Positions 10,295 to 20,625 of a stretch of DNA of 64,000 bases are shown in pieces. The notes beneath the pieces were generated by a model, which had not been told where the DNA came from, made no database searches, and saw only the letters and a program-made list of their open reading frames with translations. This DNA comes from an uncultured delta proteobacterium (GTDB taxonomy: Bacteria > Desulfobacterota > Binatia > UBA9968): the NCBI GenBank assembly GCA_963816145.1, contig CAWFJP010000031.1, positions 352,001 to 416,000 on the forward strand, in the 5' to 3' direction. How positions within the stretch are numbered: position 1 is the stretch's first letter; each line of letters begins with the position of its first letter. The translations under genes were made by a program, and so were the position numbers.

Positions 10295-11343
10295 TCACTC
10301 GCGGTAGCGCGCCTGCATTTGGGTGAAAAATCCACTGTCGTCCAGTTTGCGGATGAACGAGCTGTCCATCAGGTTCGCGGTGTTGATGTCGGTGAGTTTG
10401 GGGTTTTGCATCGCCATCAGCCGCTGCATGTTTTTCAGTCCTTCCAGGGAGGGGTACGGCTTAGCGTCAAATTCCTTGACGATGTCCGCATAGCCTTCTT
10501 CGGCCAGGTTTGGGTCGGAGAGCTTCAAGCGATTGATAATCGTCTTTACCGTCTGGGTTCTGCCGCGCGGCGACAGGATAAAATACTCCGCTTCGATGAG
10601 CGCCTTGATGACGTTTTCCATGGTTGTTTGATTTCTTTCGATGAAGCTTTTGCGCGCGACGATGCCGGTGGACGACATCGCGGGAAACACTTCGGCCAGG
10701 ACATTGAAGCCCTTCTGCTTGAGCGCCAAGGCGTAGGCCCTGGTCGTCATCACGGCGGCGTCGACAATGCCGGTTTCAAGGGCTCGCACCATGACAGTCT
10801 GGTCGCCGACGACCAGGAGCTGAATCTTATCGCGGGCGAGATCAAGACCGAGCTGTTCCAACGTCAACATGGCGTACATCCAAATCGTCCCGCCGATGCT
10901 TTGCACGCCGAAACGCTTGCCGGCGAGATCGGCGGTCTTGCGGATCTCCGGCTTGACCGTGAGAAAGCCGCGGCCGCGGCTGATGAAGCCGCCGACCATT
11001 TTCAATTCCGCGCCCGCGGCGGCCGCGCCGAGCACGGTCGTGCCGCCGGTGTAGCCGACCTCGAGGTCGCCGGAGATCAGCCCGGCGCTGAGCATTTGAT
11101 TGTTGCGCACGAGGACGACCTGGGCGCTGCAGGCCATACTTGCCGAACAAGTCCAAGTCTTGGGCGACCCATAGCGGTGCGACGCGCGGGCTGGGACTTG
11201 GGTAGGCGATGGTGACTCGGGTGGGAACGCTGGCGCCATGGCTCTCGCCGAGCATTACGATGGTAAACGCGACGATGACTGAAAGCGTGATGCTGCGCCG
11301 CCACGAGCAAATGGCCTTAGGAAAAAAACCCGAGTTGATCCAC
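10295..11343 (-). CDS. NMT1/SsuA-type substrate-binding protein with two apparent +1 frameshifts
   Basis: RBS AAGGAG plus GTG at 11343; ...PLWVAQDLDLFGKYGL then AQVVLVRNNQ.. in a different frame (shift near 11128; another in the A7 run 11322-11328); DLAGKRFGVQSIGG. Confidence 0.8.
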
Positions 11344-11513
11344 GCCCCGTGTCTCCTTGCGTCATTCTGGAAATCCTCGACTACTTATCAAGCTCGGCGT
11401 TGGATGCAAAGCACAATCGCGCCGGTTGACGCGCTGTACGGCAATTTCTGATTAATCGTGAGGTGCTGGAATCAAACAAATAAGGAATTGGGAGATCAGT
11501 AATAGCAATAAAT

Positions 11514-11545
11514 AAAAGCGGCTGGAGCGTTGCGCCCCAGCCGCT
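11514..11545 (-). terminator. Rho-independent terminator after fasciclin gene
   Basis: agcggctgg...ccagccgct stem followed by a T-rich tail on the minus strand. Confidence 0.75.
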
Positions 11546-11562
11546 AAAGGGTTGCTAGCCAG

Positions 11563-12058
11563 TTAAGGGATTACAACCGTGTCGATGACATGGATCACGC
11601 CGTTGCTCGCCATAATATCCGTGGTCACCACTTGCGCGTTGTCGACCATGACCTTGCCGTCGGCGACATTAATCTGTAAGGCGCGACCGTTTGCGGTCTT
11701 CGCGCTTTTAAGAGTTACGACTTCGCTGGCGGTCACTTGCCCGGGCACTACGTGGTAGGTAAGAATCGCTTGCAGTTTGCCAAGATTCTCCGGCTTGAGG
11801 AGACTTTCCACCGTGCCGGCCGGCAACTTTGCAAACGCTTCGTCGGTCGGCGCGAACACCGTCAACGGTCCTTTGCCCTTGAGTGTATCGACCAATCCCG
11901 CCGCCTGGACTGCGGCCACCAAGGTCTTGAATGATCCGGCCGACACCGCGGTATCGACTATGTCTTTTTCCGGCGCCATTTCAGCTTTCGCCGCTCCGGC
12001 CGAGACCCAAACCCACACTGATCACCATCGCCCCTAACGCTGCTTTGAAGATTCTCAT
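11563..12058 (-). CDS. Secreted fasciclin (FAS1) domain protein; +1 frameshift in signal peptide
   Basis: [46 protein letters not shown]; RBS AAGGAGG and ATG at 12058 ([17 protein letters not shown]) is one base out of frame. Confidence 0.92.
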
Positions 12059-12112
12059 TTCACTTTCCTCCTTTTTAATTTTTTTTGTGAACCTTCCTGA
12101 TCCGAGTGTAGA

Positions 12113-12127
12113 GCAAGCGCGGTGCCA
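12113..12127 (-). promoter_or_regulatory. Sigma-54 -24/-12 promoter of fasciclin gene
   Basis: Minus strand reads TGGCAC-CGCGC-TTGC, a consensus match. Confidence 0.88.
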
Positions 12128-12199
12128 GATCTCATTGGGGGTGATTTCTATTGGATTTAACAGGACAAAATCGCTGCGCAGAAAATAGTCGCAGTTGGA

Positions 12200-12261
12200 T
12201 GAGACAACCCATGAGACAGCCAACTGTCTCAAAGCTGTCTCACGCTGTAGCAGCTGAGACA
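12200..12261. promoter_or_regulatory. Probable enhancer (UAS) cluster of five TGAGACA/TGTCTCA boxes
   Basis: TGAGACA at 12200, 12212, 12255; TGTCTCA at 12225, 12236; 75-135 nt upstream of the sigma-54 site. Confidence 0.72.
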
Positions 12262-12266
12262 GTGAG

Positions 12267-14054
12267 TTACTTTTCGCGTGAGGGAATATTGAGATCGGCG
12301 AGGCGGCGATAGAATGTCGCCCGGCTGATGCCCAACAGCCGTGCCGCCTTGGCGCGATTGCCGCCGGCGCGATCGAGCGCTTGCTGCAATCTGGTCTTCT
12401 CATCCGTCGCTGAGCCTGCGGCGACTGGTTCGACGAGGTCGTCCAGGCTGGGGTGGACTTCCGGCGGCAGGTCGTCTTCCTGAACGACGCTGCCCTTGCA
12501 ACCGATGACCGCGTATTCGACAGCGCTTTTCAGTTCCCGGACGTTACCCGGCCAATCGTATTCGGAGAGCAGTCGAAGCGCTTCCAAACTCAGTTCCTTG
12601 ACCGGTTTATCGCTCGCCGTCGCGAATTGAGCGAGAAACGACGCGGCCAATAACTGAGTGTCTTCACGCCGTTGGCGCAGCGGCGGCAGCAGGATGCGCG
12701 CGACCCGGACACGGTAAAGCAAGTCGGAGCGAAAGTTGCCTTTAGCCACTTCGTCGCTTAGCGTTCGGTGCGTTGCGGCGAGCACGCGCACGTCGATCTT
12801 GCGCGGCTTGGACTCGCCGAGACGCAGGATCTCGCGTTCCTGGAGCACGCGGAGCAGTTGGTTCTGCACGGTCATCGGGATATCGCCGATCTCGTCCAAG
12901 AACAAAGTGCCGCCATTCGCCGCTTCGAATAATCCCTGGTGATCCTCGACGGCGCCGGTGAAGGCGCCGCGCTTGTGGCCGAAGAGTTGACTGCCGAGTA
13001 GAGAGTCGGTGAGGCCGGCGCAATTGACGGCGATGAAAGGTTTGTCTTTGCGGTGACTCGACGCGTGGATGGCGCGCGCGACCAACTCCTTGCCGGTGCC
13101 GGTCTCGCCTTCGATGAGCACGGTGGCGTCGACCCGGGCGACATCGCGGATTCGCTGATAGACCAACTGCATACCGCTGCTCTTGCCGAGCAGGTCGTGA
13201 AAGCCGGCGCGCTCGTTGAGCAGCAGGCGCAGGTCATGAACTTCGCTGACGTCATAGAGCAAGAATATCTTGCCGCGGGCGTCGCGCGGATCGTCTTTAA
13301 TCTCGACCTCAAGCCAGGTCCGTCGCCCATCCTCGAGATCGAGATGCACCGGCACTTTGTTGCGTTCCGGTTGCGGTTTTCGTTGCAGTTCCAGCAGCGT
13401 ATTGAGATCTTCATGATCCAGCGGAAATACCTCGTGCCAAACCTGGCCGTAGGCGCTGGCGCCGCGGCTGCCGAGCAATTGACGCGCTATGCGGTTCAAA
13501 AATACCAGCCGGCCCTGTTCGTCGGTCATCGCTGTTCCAAGGCGCAGCTCATTCAGGATTGAGCTCAGATCATTGCGGCTTTTTTCTACCTCCGACAACA
13601 GCTCGGCGAGCTTGGCTTCGGCCAGCTTGCGCGCCGTGACGTCCCGTTGGATCGACAGATACTGGACGGTCTGGCCGCGCTCGTCGCGCACCGGCGAAAT
13701 ATCCCAGGCGACAACGTACTCGCTGCCGTCCTTGCGATAGTTGATGGTTTCGGCCGAGTAGCTCCCGCCGTTGCTGAGAGTCTCGCGCAGCCGTTTGAGC
13801 ATGTCGCGATCGGTTTTGGGCCCCTGGAGGATGCGCGGCGTCTTGCCGAGAATGTCGCTTCGGCTATAGCCGGTCATTTCGGTGAACGCCGGATTGATGA
13901 AAATCACCTCCGGCCCCGGAACATCGAGGTTGGCGGTGGTGATCAGGATCGCTTCCCGGGCTTGTTGCACCGCGGCATCGAGCAGACGGAGCATCTGCTC
14001 TTCATTCAAGTGACTTAGAGAATGCGCCGCGGTGTCACTTTTCTGCTCGCTCAT
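12267..14054 (-). CDS. Sigma-54-dependent activator (bEBP): LOV-like PAS + PAS + AAA+ + Fis HTH
   Basis: GKTPRILQG..INYRKDG..IQRDVT; GETGTGKE, GAFTGA, LFLDEIG, WPGNVREL, GNRAKAARLLGISRATFYRR. Confidence 0.93.
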   Translation of the reverse strand: MSEQKSDTAAHSLSHLNEEQMLRLLDAAVQQAREAILITTANLDVPGPEVIFINPAFTEMTGYSRSDILGKTPRILQGPKTDRDMLKRLRETLSNGGSYSAETINYRKDGSEYVVAWDISPVRDERGQTVQYLSIQRDVTARKLAEAKLAELLSEVEKSRNDLSSILNELRLGTAMTDEQGRLVFLNRIARQLLGSRGASAYGQVWHEVFPLDHEDLNTLLELQRKPQPERNKVPVHLDLEDGRRTWLEVEIKDDPRDARGKIFLLYDVSEVHDLRLLLNERAGFHDLLGKSSGMQLVYQRIRDVARVDATVLIEGETGTGKELVARAIHASSHRKDKPFIAVNCAGLTDSLLGSQLFGHKRGAFTGAVEDHQGLFEAANGGTLFLDEIGDIPMTVQNQLLRVLQEREILRLGESKPRKIDVRVLAATHRTLSDEVAKGNFRSDLLYRVRVARILLPPLRQRREDTQLLAASFLAQFATASDKPVKELSLEALRLLSEYDWPGNVRELKSAVEYAVIGCKGSVVQEDDLPPEVHPSLDDLVEPVAAGSATDEKTRLQQALDRAGGNRAKAARLLGISRATFYRRLADLNIPSREK

Positions 14055-14279
14055 GACGGCAAGATCAACCGAAAATTTCGTCCGAACCGAGCATACGAAC
14101 GAATGTTGTTCGTTGCGCCCGCCATATGCTGGGAGTCGCAGCGTCAATCGCTCGGCGCGGCTAATAAAAAAGGCTAAGACCCAATCCAAGTCATACCGAC
14201 GGACAGCGACTTTGAAGTATTCCTCGAAACCCGCCTGACGCCGTTAGTCGCAATACTCGCAGAAGAGCAGTGTATCGGC

Positions 14280-14780
14280 TTACACAGCTTTGTACGGGTA
14301 GCGTTTCAACTTGGTTGTATTTTTGCCCTCGATGCGCAGCAAGCCCGTTGTCGCAACGCGCTTGGGCGAGTGGACATCGCCTTCGTTATAGATATGCGCC
14401 ATGCCCGGCCTGAGCGTGTAAACGCGGCCGCGTTTGACCTTTCCCGGCTTGCCTTCGGCGGCGGCTTCGAGGACCTCCCAGTCGCTCATTTCGGTCTCGC
14501 CAAAGGCTTGGCCATAGATCGCCCAGGAGTTGCCGTGATCATGGGGATTGGCTTCGCGCGCCTCGCGATTCACATGGGCGCAGACGCAGAAGCCCAGCTC
14601 GGCATCTTCGTAGATCACCTGGCGATCGGCGGTGTTGTCGTTGATGTAGGTCGAGATGAACTTTTCGTCTTTGAGCGCCTCCTGTACCAAATCGCGGACT
14701 TTCTCCCGGCCGGCTCGGCTCGGGTCGGCTTTGAGAATGCGCTGCACGTCCGCTGCGAAAGATTCAAGCGTGAAACTCAT
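14280..14780 (-). CDS. Cupin-fold protein (cysteine-dioxygenase-like)
   Basis: PHDHGNSWAIYG..GET..EGDVHSP His motif. Confidence 0.7.
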   Translation of the reverse strand: MSFTLESFAADVQRILKADPSRAGREKVRDLVQEALKDEKFISTYINDNTADRQVIYEDAELGFCVCAHVNREAREANPHDHGNSWAIYGQAFGETEMSDWEVLEAAAEGKPGKVKRGRVYTLRPGMAHIYNEGDVHSPKRVATTGLLRIEGKNTTKLKRYPYKAV

Positions 14781-14895
14781 GGTTCATCCTCCTATTTAAT
14801 CTGACTCTGATGATTAAACCCTTAACAAAGTCGTGTGGCTACCGTCAATGGTGATCCGATTGACTGATCTACGGCGGAGCCATATAAGCGCAGTC

Positions 14896-15078
14896 ATGCG
14901 GCGATATTTCATCAAGGCGCGCGGGCCGGCCTTAGTCTTTGTGTTAGCGTCGACTGCTCTGTTGGTCGCTGGCTCTTCGGCGGCGCCGACGAGCGATCCT
15001 TATGACACCCAGCCGATTCCAGACGGCTCCAGGTTTCAGGGCAAATGCATCTTTCTCGGCGAGACGGTTGCAGCTTGA
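14896..15078 (+). CDS. Possible small secreted protein
   Basis: MRRYFIKARGPALVFVLASTALLVAGSSAA looks like a signal peptide; only 60 aa. Confidence 0.3.
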   Translation: MRRYFIKARGPALVFVLASTALLVAGSSAAPTSDPYDTQPIPDGSRFQGKCIFLGETVAA

Positions 15079-15258
15079 CGTCATTTTTCTCCGGTGACGC
15101 CGGCTATGAGCGGCGCTGGGCGTGCATCGCGTTTGTCGAACCGAACGGCACCACGGCCGAATAGTGCGGTTCCGTTCCCGGCAGCAGTCGTGTCCCGTGA
15201 AGCATTGCGTCATGTGGTGAATCTTAGAATTCGGCCGTTTAGTTCTAAGCTAATTACT

Positions 15259-16215
15259 ATGGAATACAAAATTCTCGGCCGCACCGGTTTAAAAGTTAGC
15301 GTGGCAGGATTGGGCTGCGGCGGGCCGAGCCGGCTGGGGTTGTCGGGATTGAAGGACCAGACGCGCAGTGAGAGCGAGGTGGTCGCGCACGTGCGCGGTG
15401 CCATCGATCTCGGCATTAACTTTTTCGACACGGCGGAGTGGTATGGCACGGAAGTGGTGGTCGGCAAGGCGATCGCTGGAGTGCTGCGCGATCGCCTGGT
15501 GATCTCCACCAAGAAAAATATCGTGCCGGACGACCATCCTGATCCCGAAAATGAAATTCGCCGTTCCTTCGAACAGAGTCTCAAGAATCTCGGCACCGAC
15601 TATGTCGATCTTTACCATGTCCATGGCGCCGAGCCGAAGGATTATCGCAACGCCGTCGAACGCCATCTGCCGACGCTGCTGCGGCTGCGTGACGAGGGAA
15701 AGATCCGCGCCGTCGGGATTACCGAACGCTTCGTGGTCGACTCACCGCATCAAATGGCCGAGCGTGCGGCACGCGACAATGTCTGGGATGTCGTCATGGT
15801 GGGTTTCAATCTACTCAATCCCTGCGCGCGCAAAAATATATTTCCGCTGACTACGGCCAACGGCGTCGGCGTGCTGGTCAGCTACGCTCTGCGCCGCGCG
15901 CTGAGCCAACCGGAGCGGTTGAAAAAACTCTGCGCTGAGCTTGTCAGCAAGGGTGCGATTCTTCCTGCTGCTATAAATTTGGATGAGCCGTTGGATTTCG
16001 TTACGAAGGACGGTGCCGCGGTTTCGATTCAAGACGCAGCCTACCGATTTTGCCGCCATGAACCGGGCGTCGATGTCGTGCTGACCGGCACGGGGAATCC
16101 AGAACATCTCAAGGCCAACGTCGAATCGCTGTGCCGGCCGCCGCTGCCGGCGCCGGTGCAACAGCGATTAAAAGACCTATTCGGCAACATCGACGGCTTG
16201 ACCGGCAATCAATAA
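15259..16215 (+). CDS. Aldo/keto reductase
   Basis: MEYKILGRTGLKVSVAGLG, GINFFDTAEWYG, SLKNLGTDYVDLYHVH. Confidence 0.92.
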   Translation: MEYKILGRTGLKVSVAGLGCGGPSRLGLSGLKDQTRSESEVVAHVRGAIDLGINFFDTAEWYGTEVVVGKAIAGVLRDRLVISTKKNIVPDDHPDPENEIRRSFEQSLKNLGTDYVDLYHVHGAEPKDYRNAVERHLPTLLRLRDEGKIRAVGITERFVVDSPHQMAERAARDNVWDVVMVGFNLLNPCARKNIFPLTTANGVGVLVSYALRRALSQPERLKKLCAELVSKGAILPAAINLDEPLDFVTKDGAAVSIQDAAYRFCRHEPGVDVVLTGTGNPEHLKANVESLCRPPLPAPVQQRLKDLFGNIDGLTGNQ

Positions 16216-16241
16216 TTCAAGTCAACCAAGGGAGGATGACT

Positions 16242-17270
16242 ATGCTCGATCTCATGCTTCGTCAAATCACGATGGTGATATTGGCTGCGATGCTCATGTG
16301 GCCGATGCCACTGGTGGCGCAGGAGTCCTTTTTCAAAGGCAAGACCGTGCGCATCGTCGTTGGTTTTGCCGCCGGCGGCGGCTTCGATACCTACTCGCGG
16401 GCGATGGCGCGCTACTGGGGCCGGCATATTCCCGGCAATCCGTCGATCATCGTCGAAAACATGGCCGGCGCCGGCAGCTTGATCGCGGCCAATCATGTTT
16501 ACAAAGCGGCGCGGCCGGACGGCTTGACTATCGGTAATTTTGGCGGCGGTTTGTTCATGCAGCAACTCAAGGGCGGCGCCGGCATCGAGTTCGATGCGCG
16601 TAAGTTCGAGTTCTTGGGTGTGCCGGTGCAGGATAATCGCTCCTGCGCGTTCACCAAAGCCAGCGGCATCACCAGCATGGAGCGTTGGATGGCGGTGAAA
16701 ACTCCGGTGAAAGTCGGCGCCACTGCACCGGGCGATTTGGTCCATGACGGACCGAAGATTTTGCAGGCCGCTCTTGGTCTGCCGATTCACCTGGTATCGG
16801 GTTACAAGGGCACGGCGGATATTCGACTGGCCGCGGAGGCAGGCGAGTTGGCCGGCGGTTGCTGGGGTTGGGACTCGATCAAAGCCACCTGGTCGCGGGC
16901 GCTCGAGAGCGGCGATGCGGTCGTGGTGGTGCAGATGGTCTCCAAACCGCATTTCGACCTGGCAAAAGTGCCGCTGGCGATCAGTTACGCTAAATCAGAT
17001 GACGCGCGCCAGCTCATCGAAGCCGGCGTGACAATTCCGGCGATAACCAACCGGCCCTACGTCGTCACACCCGGCACGCCGAAGGATCGCGTGCAGATGC
17101 TGCGCAAAGCCTTCGATGCGACCATGAAGGATCCTGAGTTTGTTGCCGACGCCAAGAAATCGCGTATCGATCTGGAACCGATCGGCGGCGAGGAAGTGCA
17201 GAAAATGGTTGGAGACATGTTCAACTTATCGCCAGCGCTGATCGCCAAGTTGCGCGACGCGCTGAAGTGA
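16242..17270 (+). CDS. Tripartite tricarboxylate transporter substrate-binding protein (TctC/Bug)
   Basis: VGFAAGGGFD, VENMAGAG, ARPDGLTI, GYKG. Confidence 0.9.
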   Translation: MLDLMLRQITMVILAAMLMWPMPLVAQESFFKGKTVRIVVGFAAGGGFDTYSRAMARYWGRHIPGNPSIIVENMAGAGSLIAANHVYKAARPDGLTIGNFGGGLFMQQLKGGAGIEFDARKFEFLGVPVQDNRSCAFTKASGITSMERWMAVKTPVKVGATAPGDLVHDGPKILQAALGLPIHLVSGYKGTADIRLAAEAGELAGGCWGWDSIKATWSRALESGDAVVVVQMVSKPHFDLAKVPLAISYAKSDDARQLIEAGVTIPAITNRPYVVTPGTPKDRVQMLRKAFDATMKDPEFVADAKKSRIDLEPIGGEEVQKMVGDMFNLSPALIAKLRDALK

Positions 17271-17388
17271 GCCCGGCGCAGAATATTACAAATTCACAAT
17301 TCCAGATTTCAAATTTGCTGACCGCGATGGAACGGCGCTATGAGTTGTAGTAGGTTTCGGGCGAGCGAGCGAATTTTCGGGGGGTAAG

Positions 17389-18420
17389 ATGATCGGCAAG
17401 ACTCGATGGTTGGTACTCAATATCACGGCAGCGTTGACGCTGACTATTTCGCTCACCGCGCAGGCGCAAGATATTTTTAAAGACAAGACGCTGACCTTCA
17501 TCGTCGGTTATTCACCGGGCGGCACTTACGACCAGTACACGCGGCTGATGGCGCGCCATATCGGCAAGTATTTGCCGGGCAATCCGACCCGGGTCGTCGA
17601 GAATATGCCGGGCGCGGGCGGCATCATCGCGGCGAATCATCTCTACAACAGGACCAAGCCCGATGGTCTTACCATCGCCGCTTGGGCATCGCCGCTGATT
17701 TTGCAGCATGTGATGGGTAATGAAGCGATCAAGATCGACGGGCGCAAAGTTGGCTGGCTGGGCATCCCCGGGCCTTACGATACTGCCTGTCATTTCGGCA
17801 GTGCGAGCGGCATTCGCACTATGGACGACTGGATCAACGCCAAACGGCCGATGAAAATTGCGTCCATCGGTCCCGGCACAAGTTTGTCCGATGTGCCGAA
17901 ACTTTTGAAGGCCGCATTGAATCTGCCGCTGGAGATGGTCGAAGGTTACAAAGGCGGCGCCGAGGCGCGCATCGCCGTCGAGAGCGGCGAGGTGGACGGT
18001 CTCTGCGCTTCATGGCAAGCGACCAAAGTGACTTGGCGAAGCCAGATGGATACGGGCAAGATTCATGTTGTCTTGCAGGCGACGCTCAAGTCTCATCCCG
18101 ACCTGAACAAAGTCCCGCTGGCAATCAACTACGCCAAGACCGAAGAGGCGAAAATTCTCCTGCGGGTCGCCGACAATGTGCATGTCTATCAGTTTCCCTT
18201 CTCGGTCGCGCCGGGCACGCCGGCCGATCGGTTAGCAGCCCTACAACAGGCGTTCGTCAAAACCTTCCGCGACCGAGAATTGGTTGCCGAAGCGAACAAG
18301 GCGCAGTTGGAAGTGGCGCCGATCGACGGACCGACCACGGCGAAGACGTTTGCCGGCTTGTATGAATTGAACCCTGCGCTGATCGCGAAGTTGAAAGACA
18401 TTCTGATTCCCAAGAAATAA
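17389..18420 (+). CDS. TctC/Bug family substrate-binding protein
   Basis: VGYSPGGTYD, VENMPGAGG, KPDGLTI, GYKGG. Confidence 0.9.
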   Translation: MIGKTRWLVLNITAALTLTISLTAQAQDIFKDKTLTFIVGYSPGGTYDQYTRLMARHIGKYLPGNPTRVVENMPGAGGIIAANHLYNRTKPDGLTIAAWASPLILQHVMGNEAIKIDGRKVGWLGIPGPYDTACHFGSASGIRTMDDWINAKRPMKIASIGPGTSLSDVPKLLKAALNLPLEMVEGYKGGAEARIAVESGEVDGLCASWQATKVTWRSQMDTGKIHVVLQATLKSHPDLNKVPLAINYAKTEEAKILLRVADNVHVYQFPFSVAPGTPADRLAALQQAFVKTFRDRELVAEANKAQLEVAPIDGPTTAKTFAGLYELNPALIAKLKDILIPKK

Positions 18421-18429
18421 ATTTATCGT

Positions 18430-19299
18430 ATGAAAAAAGTTGTCGTTACCGGTGGCAGTGGCAAGTTGGGTCAGTTTGTCATTCGCGATTTACTCGAGCG
18501 GGATTATTGCGTGCTCAACCTCGATCGCGTGGTGCCGCGGGAAAAGCTTAGCATGACCTGGCAGGTCGATTTGCGCCATGCCGGCGATTTGTTCGAGGCA
18601 ATGCGCGGCGCCCACGGGATTATTCATCTTGGCGCTTACCAGGCGCCGAATTTGGCGCCGGACGCGGAGACCTTGAGCAATAATGTCTCGGCAACTTACA
18701 ACGTGCTGCGTGCTGCGGCGGACATGGGCGTGAAACGCGTGGTTTTGGCGTCGAGCACGGCGGCGTTCGGGTTCATCTACGCGACCAAGCTTTGGGCGCC
18801 GAAATACTTGCCGATGGATGAAGCGCATCCATCGACGCCGCAGGATTCCTACGGTTTGTCGAAGGTGCTGGGCGAGCAGATCGCCGACTCGATCGTTTCG
18901 GCACATCGGGACTTGAAGGTGAGCAGCCTGCGTTTCCCCGGGGTGAATTTCGATCTGTCCTACGAGAGTTTTCGCGACCGCTGGCGCAATCCGGTGACGC
19001 GGGCCAGCGGCTTTTGGACTTACATCGACGCCCGCGACGCGGCGATGACCTGCCGCCTGGCACTGGAAGCGAAGTTCACCGGCCACGAAGTGTTCATCGC
19101 CTCGGCGGCGAAGAATTGCATGATCCAGCCGACCCGTGAGCTGGTCAAAAAATATCTGCCCAAGGGAACGCGATTCAAAAAAATTGCCGGCACCCATTGG
19201 AGCTGCGTCGATTCAGCCAAAGCGCGGCGCATGCTTGGCTTCAAGCCGCGGCATCTTTGGCAGGATTATTTGCCTGAGGGGCGCGAACAGAAATATTGA
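18430..19299 (+). CDS. NAD-dependent epimerase/dehydratase (extended SDR)
   Basis: TGGSGKLG and YGLSK motifs. Confidence 0.9.
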   Translation: MKKVVVTGGSGKLGQFVIRDLLERDYCVLNLDRVVPREKLSMTWQVDLRHAGDLFEAMRGAHGIIHLGAYQAPNLAPDAETLSNNVSATYNVLRAAADMGVKRVVLASSTAAFGFIYATKLWAPKYLPMDEAHPSTPQDSYGLSKVLGEQIADSIVSAHRDLKVSSLRFPGVNFDLSYESFRDRWRNPVTRASGFWTYIDARDAAMTCRLALEAKFTGHEVFIASAAKNCMIQPTRELVKKYLPKGTRFKKIAGTHWSCVDSAKARRMLGFKPRHLWQDYLPEGREQKY

Positions 19300-19462
19300 A
19301 ATATTGTCCGTCGCCTGGTCGTGATTTCATGCCGCTTCATCGCCCCACTTTCCGTACGGAGGTGGGGCTTTTTATTTCCGCTTGACGGACGCTGGGCACT
19401 TCAACTAGCTTTGCCGCAGTTGTTCGTTCGCCTATCTCAAGTCGACAGTAAGGAGCCCCGCC

Positions 19463-20485
19463 ATGATCAGAAACTTGCTGACTGCGATCGTCGCCATTGC
19501 CTGGTTATTCGCCGCAAGCGAAGTTCAGGCGCAAAGCGATTTTTATCAAGGCAAAACCATCCGGATCATTGTCGGCTATTCTCCCGGCGGTGGCTACGAT
19601 GCCTTGGCGCGCATGCTGTCGCGGCAGATGCCGAAACATATACCCGGCCATCCGACGATTCTGGTCGAGAACATGGCCGGTGCCGGCAGCTTGCTTGCGG
19701 CCAATCACATTTTCAAAGTCGCCAAACCGGACGGATTGACCATGGGCCATTTCAGCGGCGGCTTCGTCTACAGTCAAGTCATGGGGCAGCCGGGCATCGA
19801 GCTCGACATGCAGAAGTTTGTCTTCGTCGGCGCGGTGGCGCGGGATGAAAGCGCCATCGCCATATCTAAGGCGAGCGGCGTCAACAGCATGGAGCGCTGG
19901 GTCGCCGCCAAGACGCCGTTGAAGATGGGCACCACCGGTCCGGGCGCGTTCGGCACCGATAATGTGCTCAAAGTCGTTAAGGTGGCGCTCAATCTACCGA
20001 TGCAAATCATCTCCGGCTACAAAGGTACCGCCGACATGCGCCTGGCCGTCGAGAGCGGTGAGCTCGACGGTACGACCTGGGGTTGGGACTCGATGCGCGG
20101 TACGTGGCAGAAATCCCTCGAATCCGGCGTGGTGTCGGTGCTGCTGCAAACAGTGCCGAAACCATTTGGCGATTTGCCGAAAGTGCCGCTGGCGATCGAT
20201 CTTGCGAAGACGGCGGAGGCAAAACAATTGATCGAGTACGGCATTCACTTTCCAAGTAAAATCACCAAGACTCTAGCCCTACCGCCGGGCACGCCGGCCG
20301 ATCGCGCGCAGATTCTGCAAAAAGCCTTGCAGGAGACGGTGAAAGATCCCGAGTTCATCGCTGAGGCGGACAAAGCGAAAATCGGCCTCGCGCCGGTTAC
20401 CGTCGATGAAATGAAAAAGACCGTGGAAGGGGTCTTCAAACTCGACCCCGCCCTGCTTGCCAAGCTGAAGGCGATTCTTTTTTAG
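19463..20485 (+). CDS. TctC/Bug family substrate-binding protein
   Basis: VGYSPGGGYD, VENMAGAG, KPDGLT. Confidence 0.9.
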   Translation: MIRNLLTAIVAIAWLFAASEVQAQSDFYQGKTIRIIVGYSPGGGYDALARMLSRQMPKHIPGHPTILVENMAGAGSLLAANHIFKVAKPDGLTMGHFSGGFVYSQVMGQPGIELDMQKFVFVGAVARDESAIAISKASGVNSMERWVAAKTPLKMGTTGPGAFGTDNVLKVVKVALNLPMQIISGYKGTADMRLAVESGELDGTTWGWDSMRGTWQKSLESGVVSVLLQTVPKPFGDLPKVPLAIDLAKTAEAKQLIEYGIHFPSKITKTLALPPGTPADRAQILQKALQETVKDPEFIAEADKAKIGLAPVTVDEMKKTVEGVFKLDPALLAKLKAILF

Positions 20486-20625
20486 AACCTCGGCAAGAAC
20501 GATTCACGGCGAAGCTCGAGAATGACAGGAAGGAGCGATTGAAAGGGCAAGGCAATCGCTTGCCGTTACAAGGCCTATTGGTGGTGAGACCTCCGTAGGC
20601 CCAATCCGAAAGATATAAGGACACC

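Noticed and set aside
10211-11215. Long antisense ORFs (also 29929-31035, 44654-45547, 23110-23946)
   Set aside because: Shadow frames of well-supported genes in GC-rich DNA, without motifs
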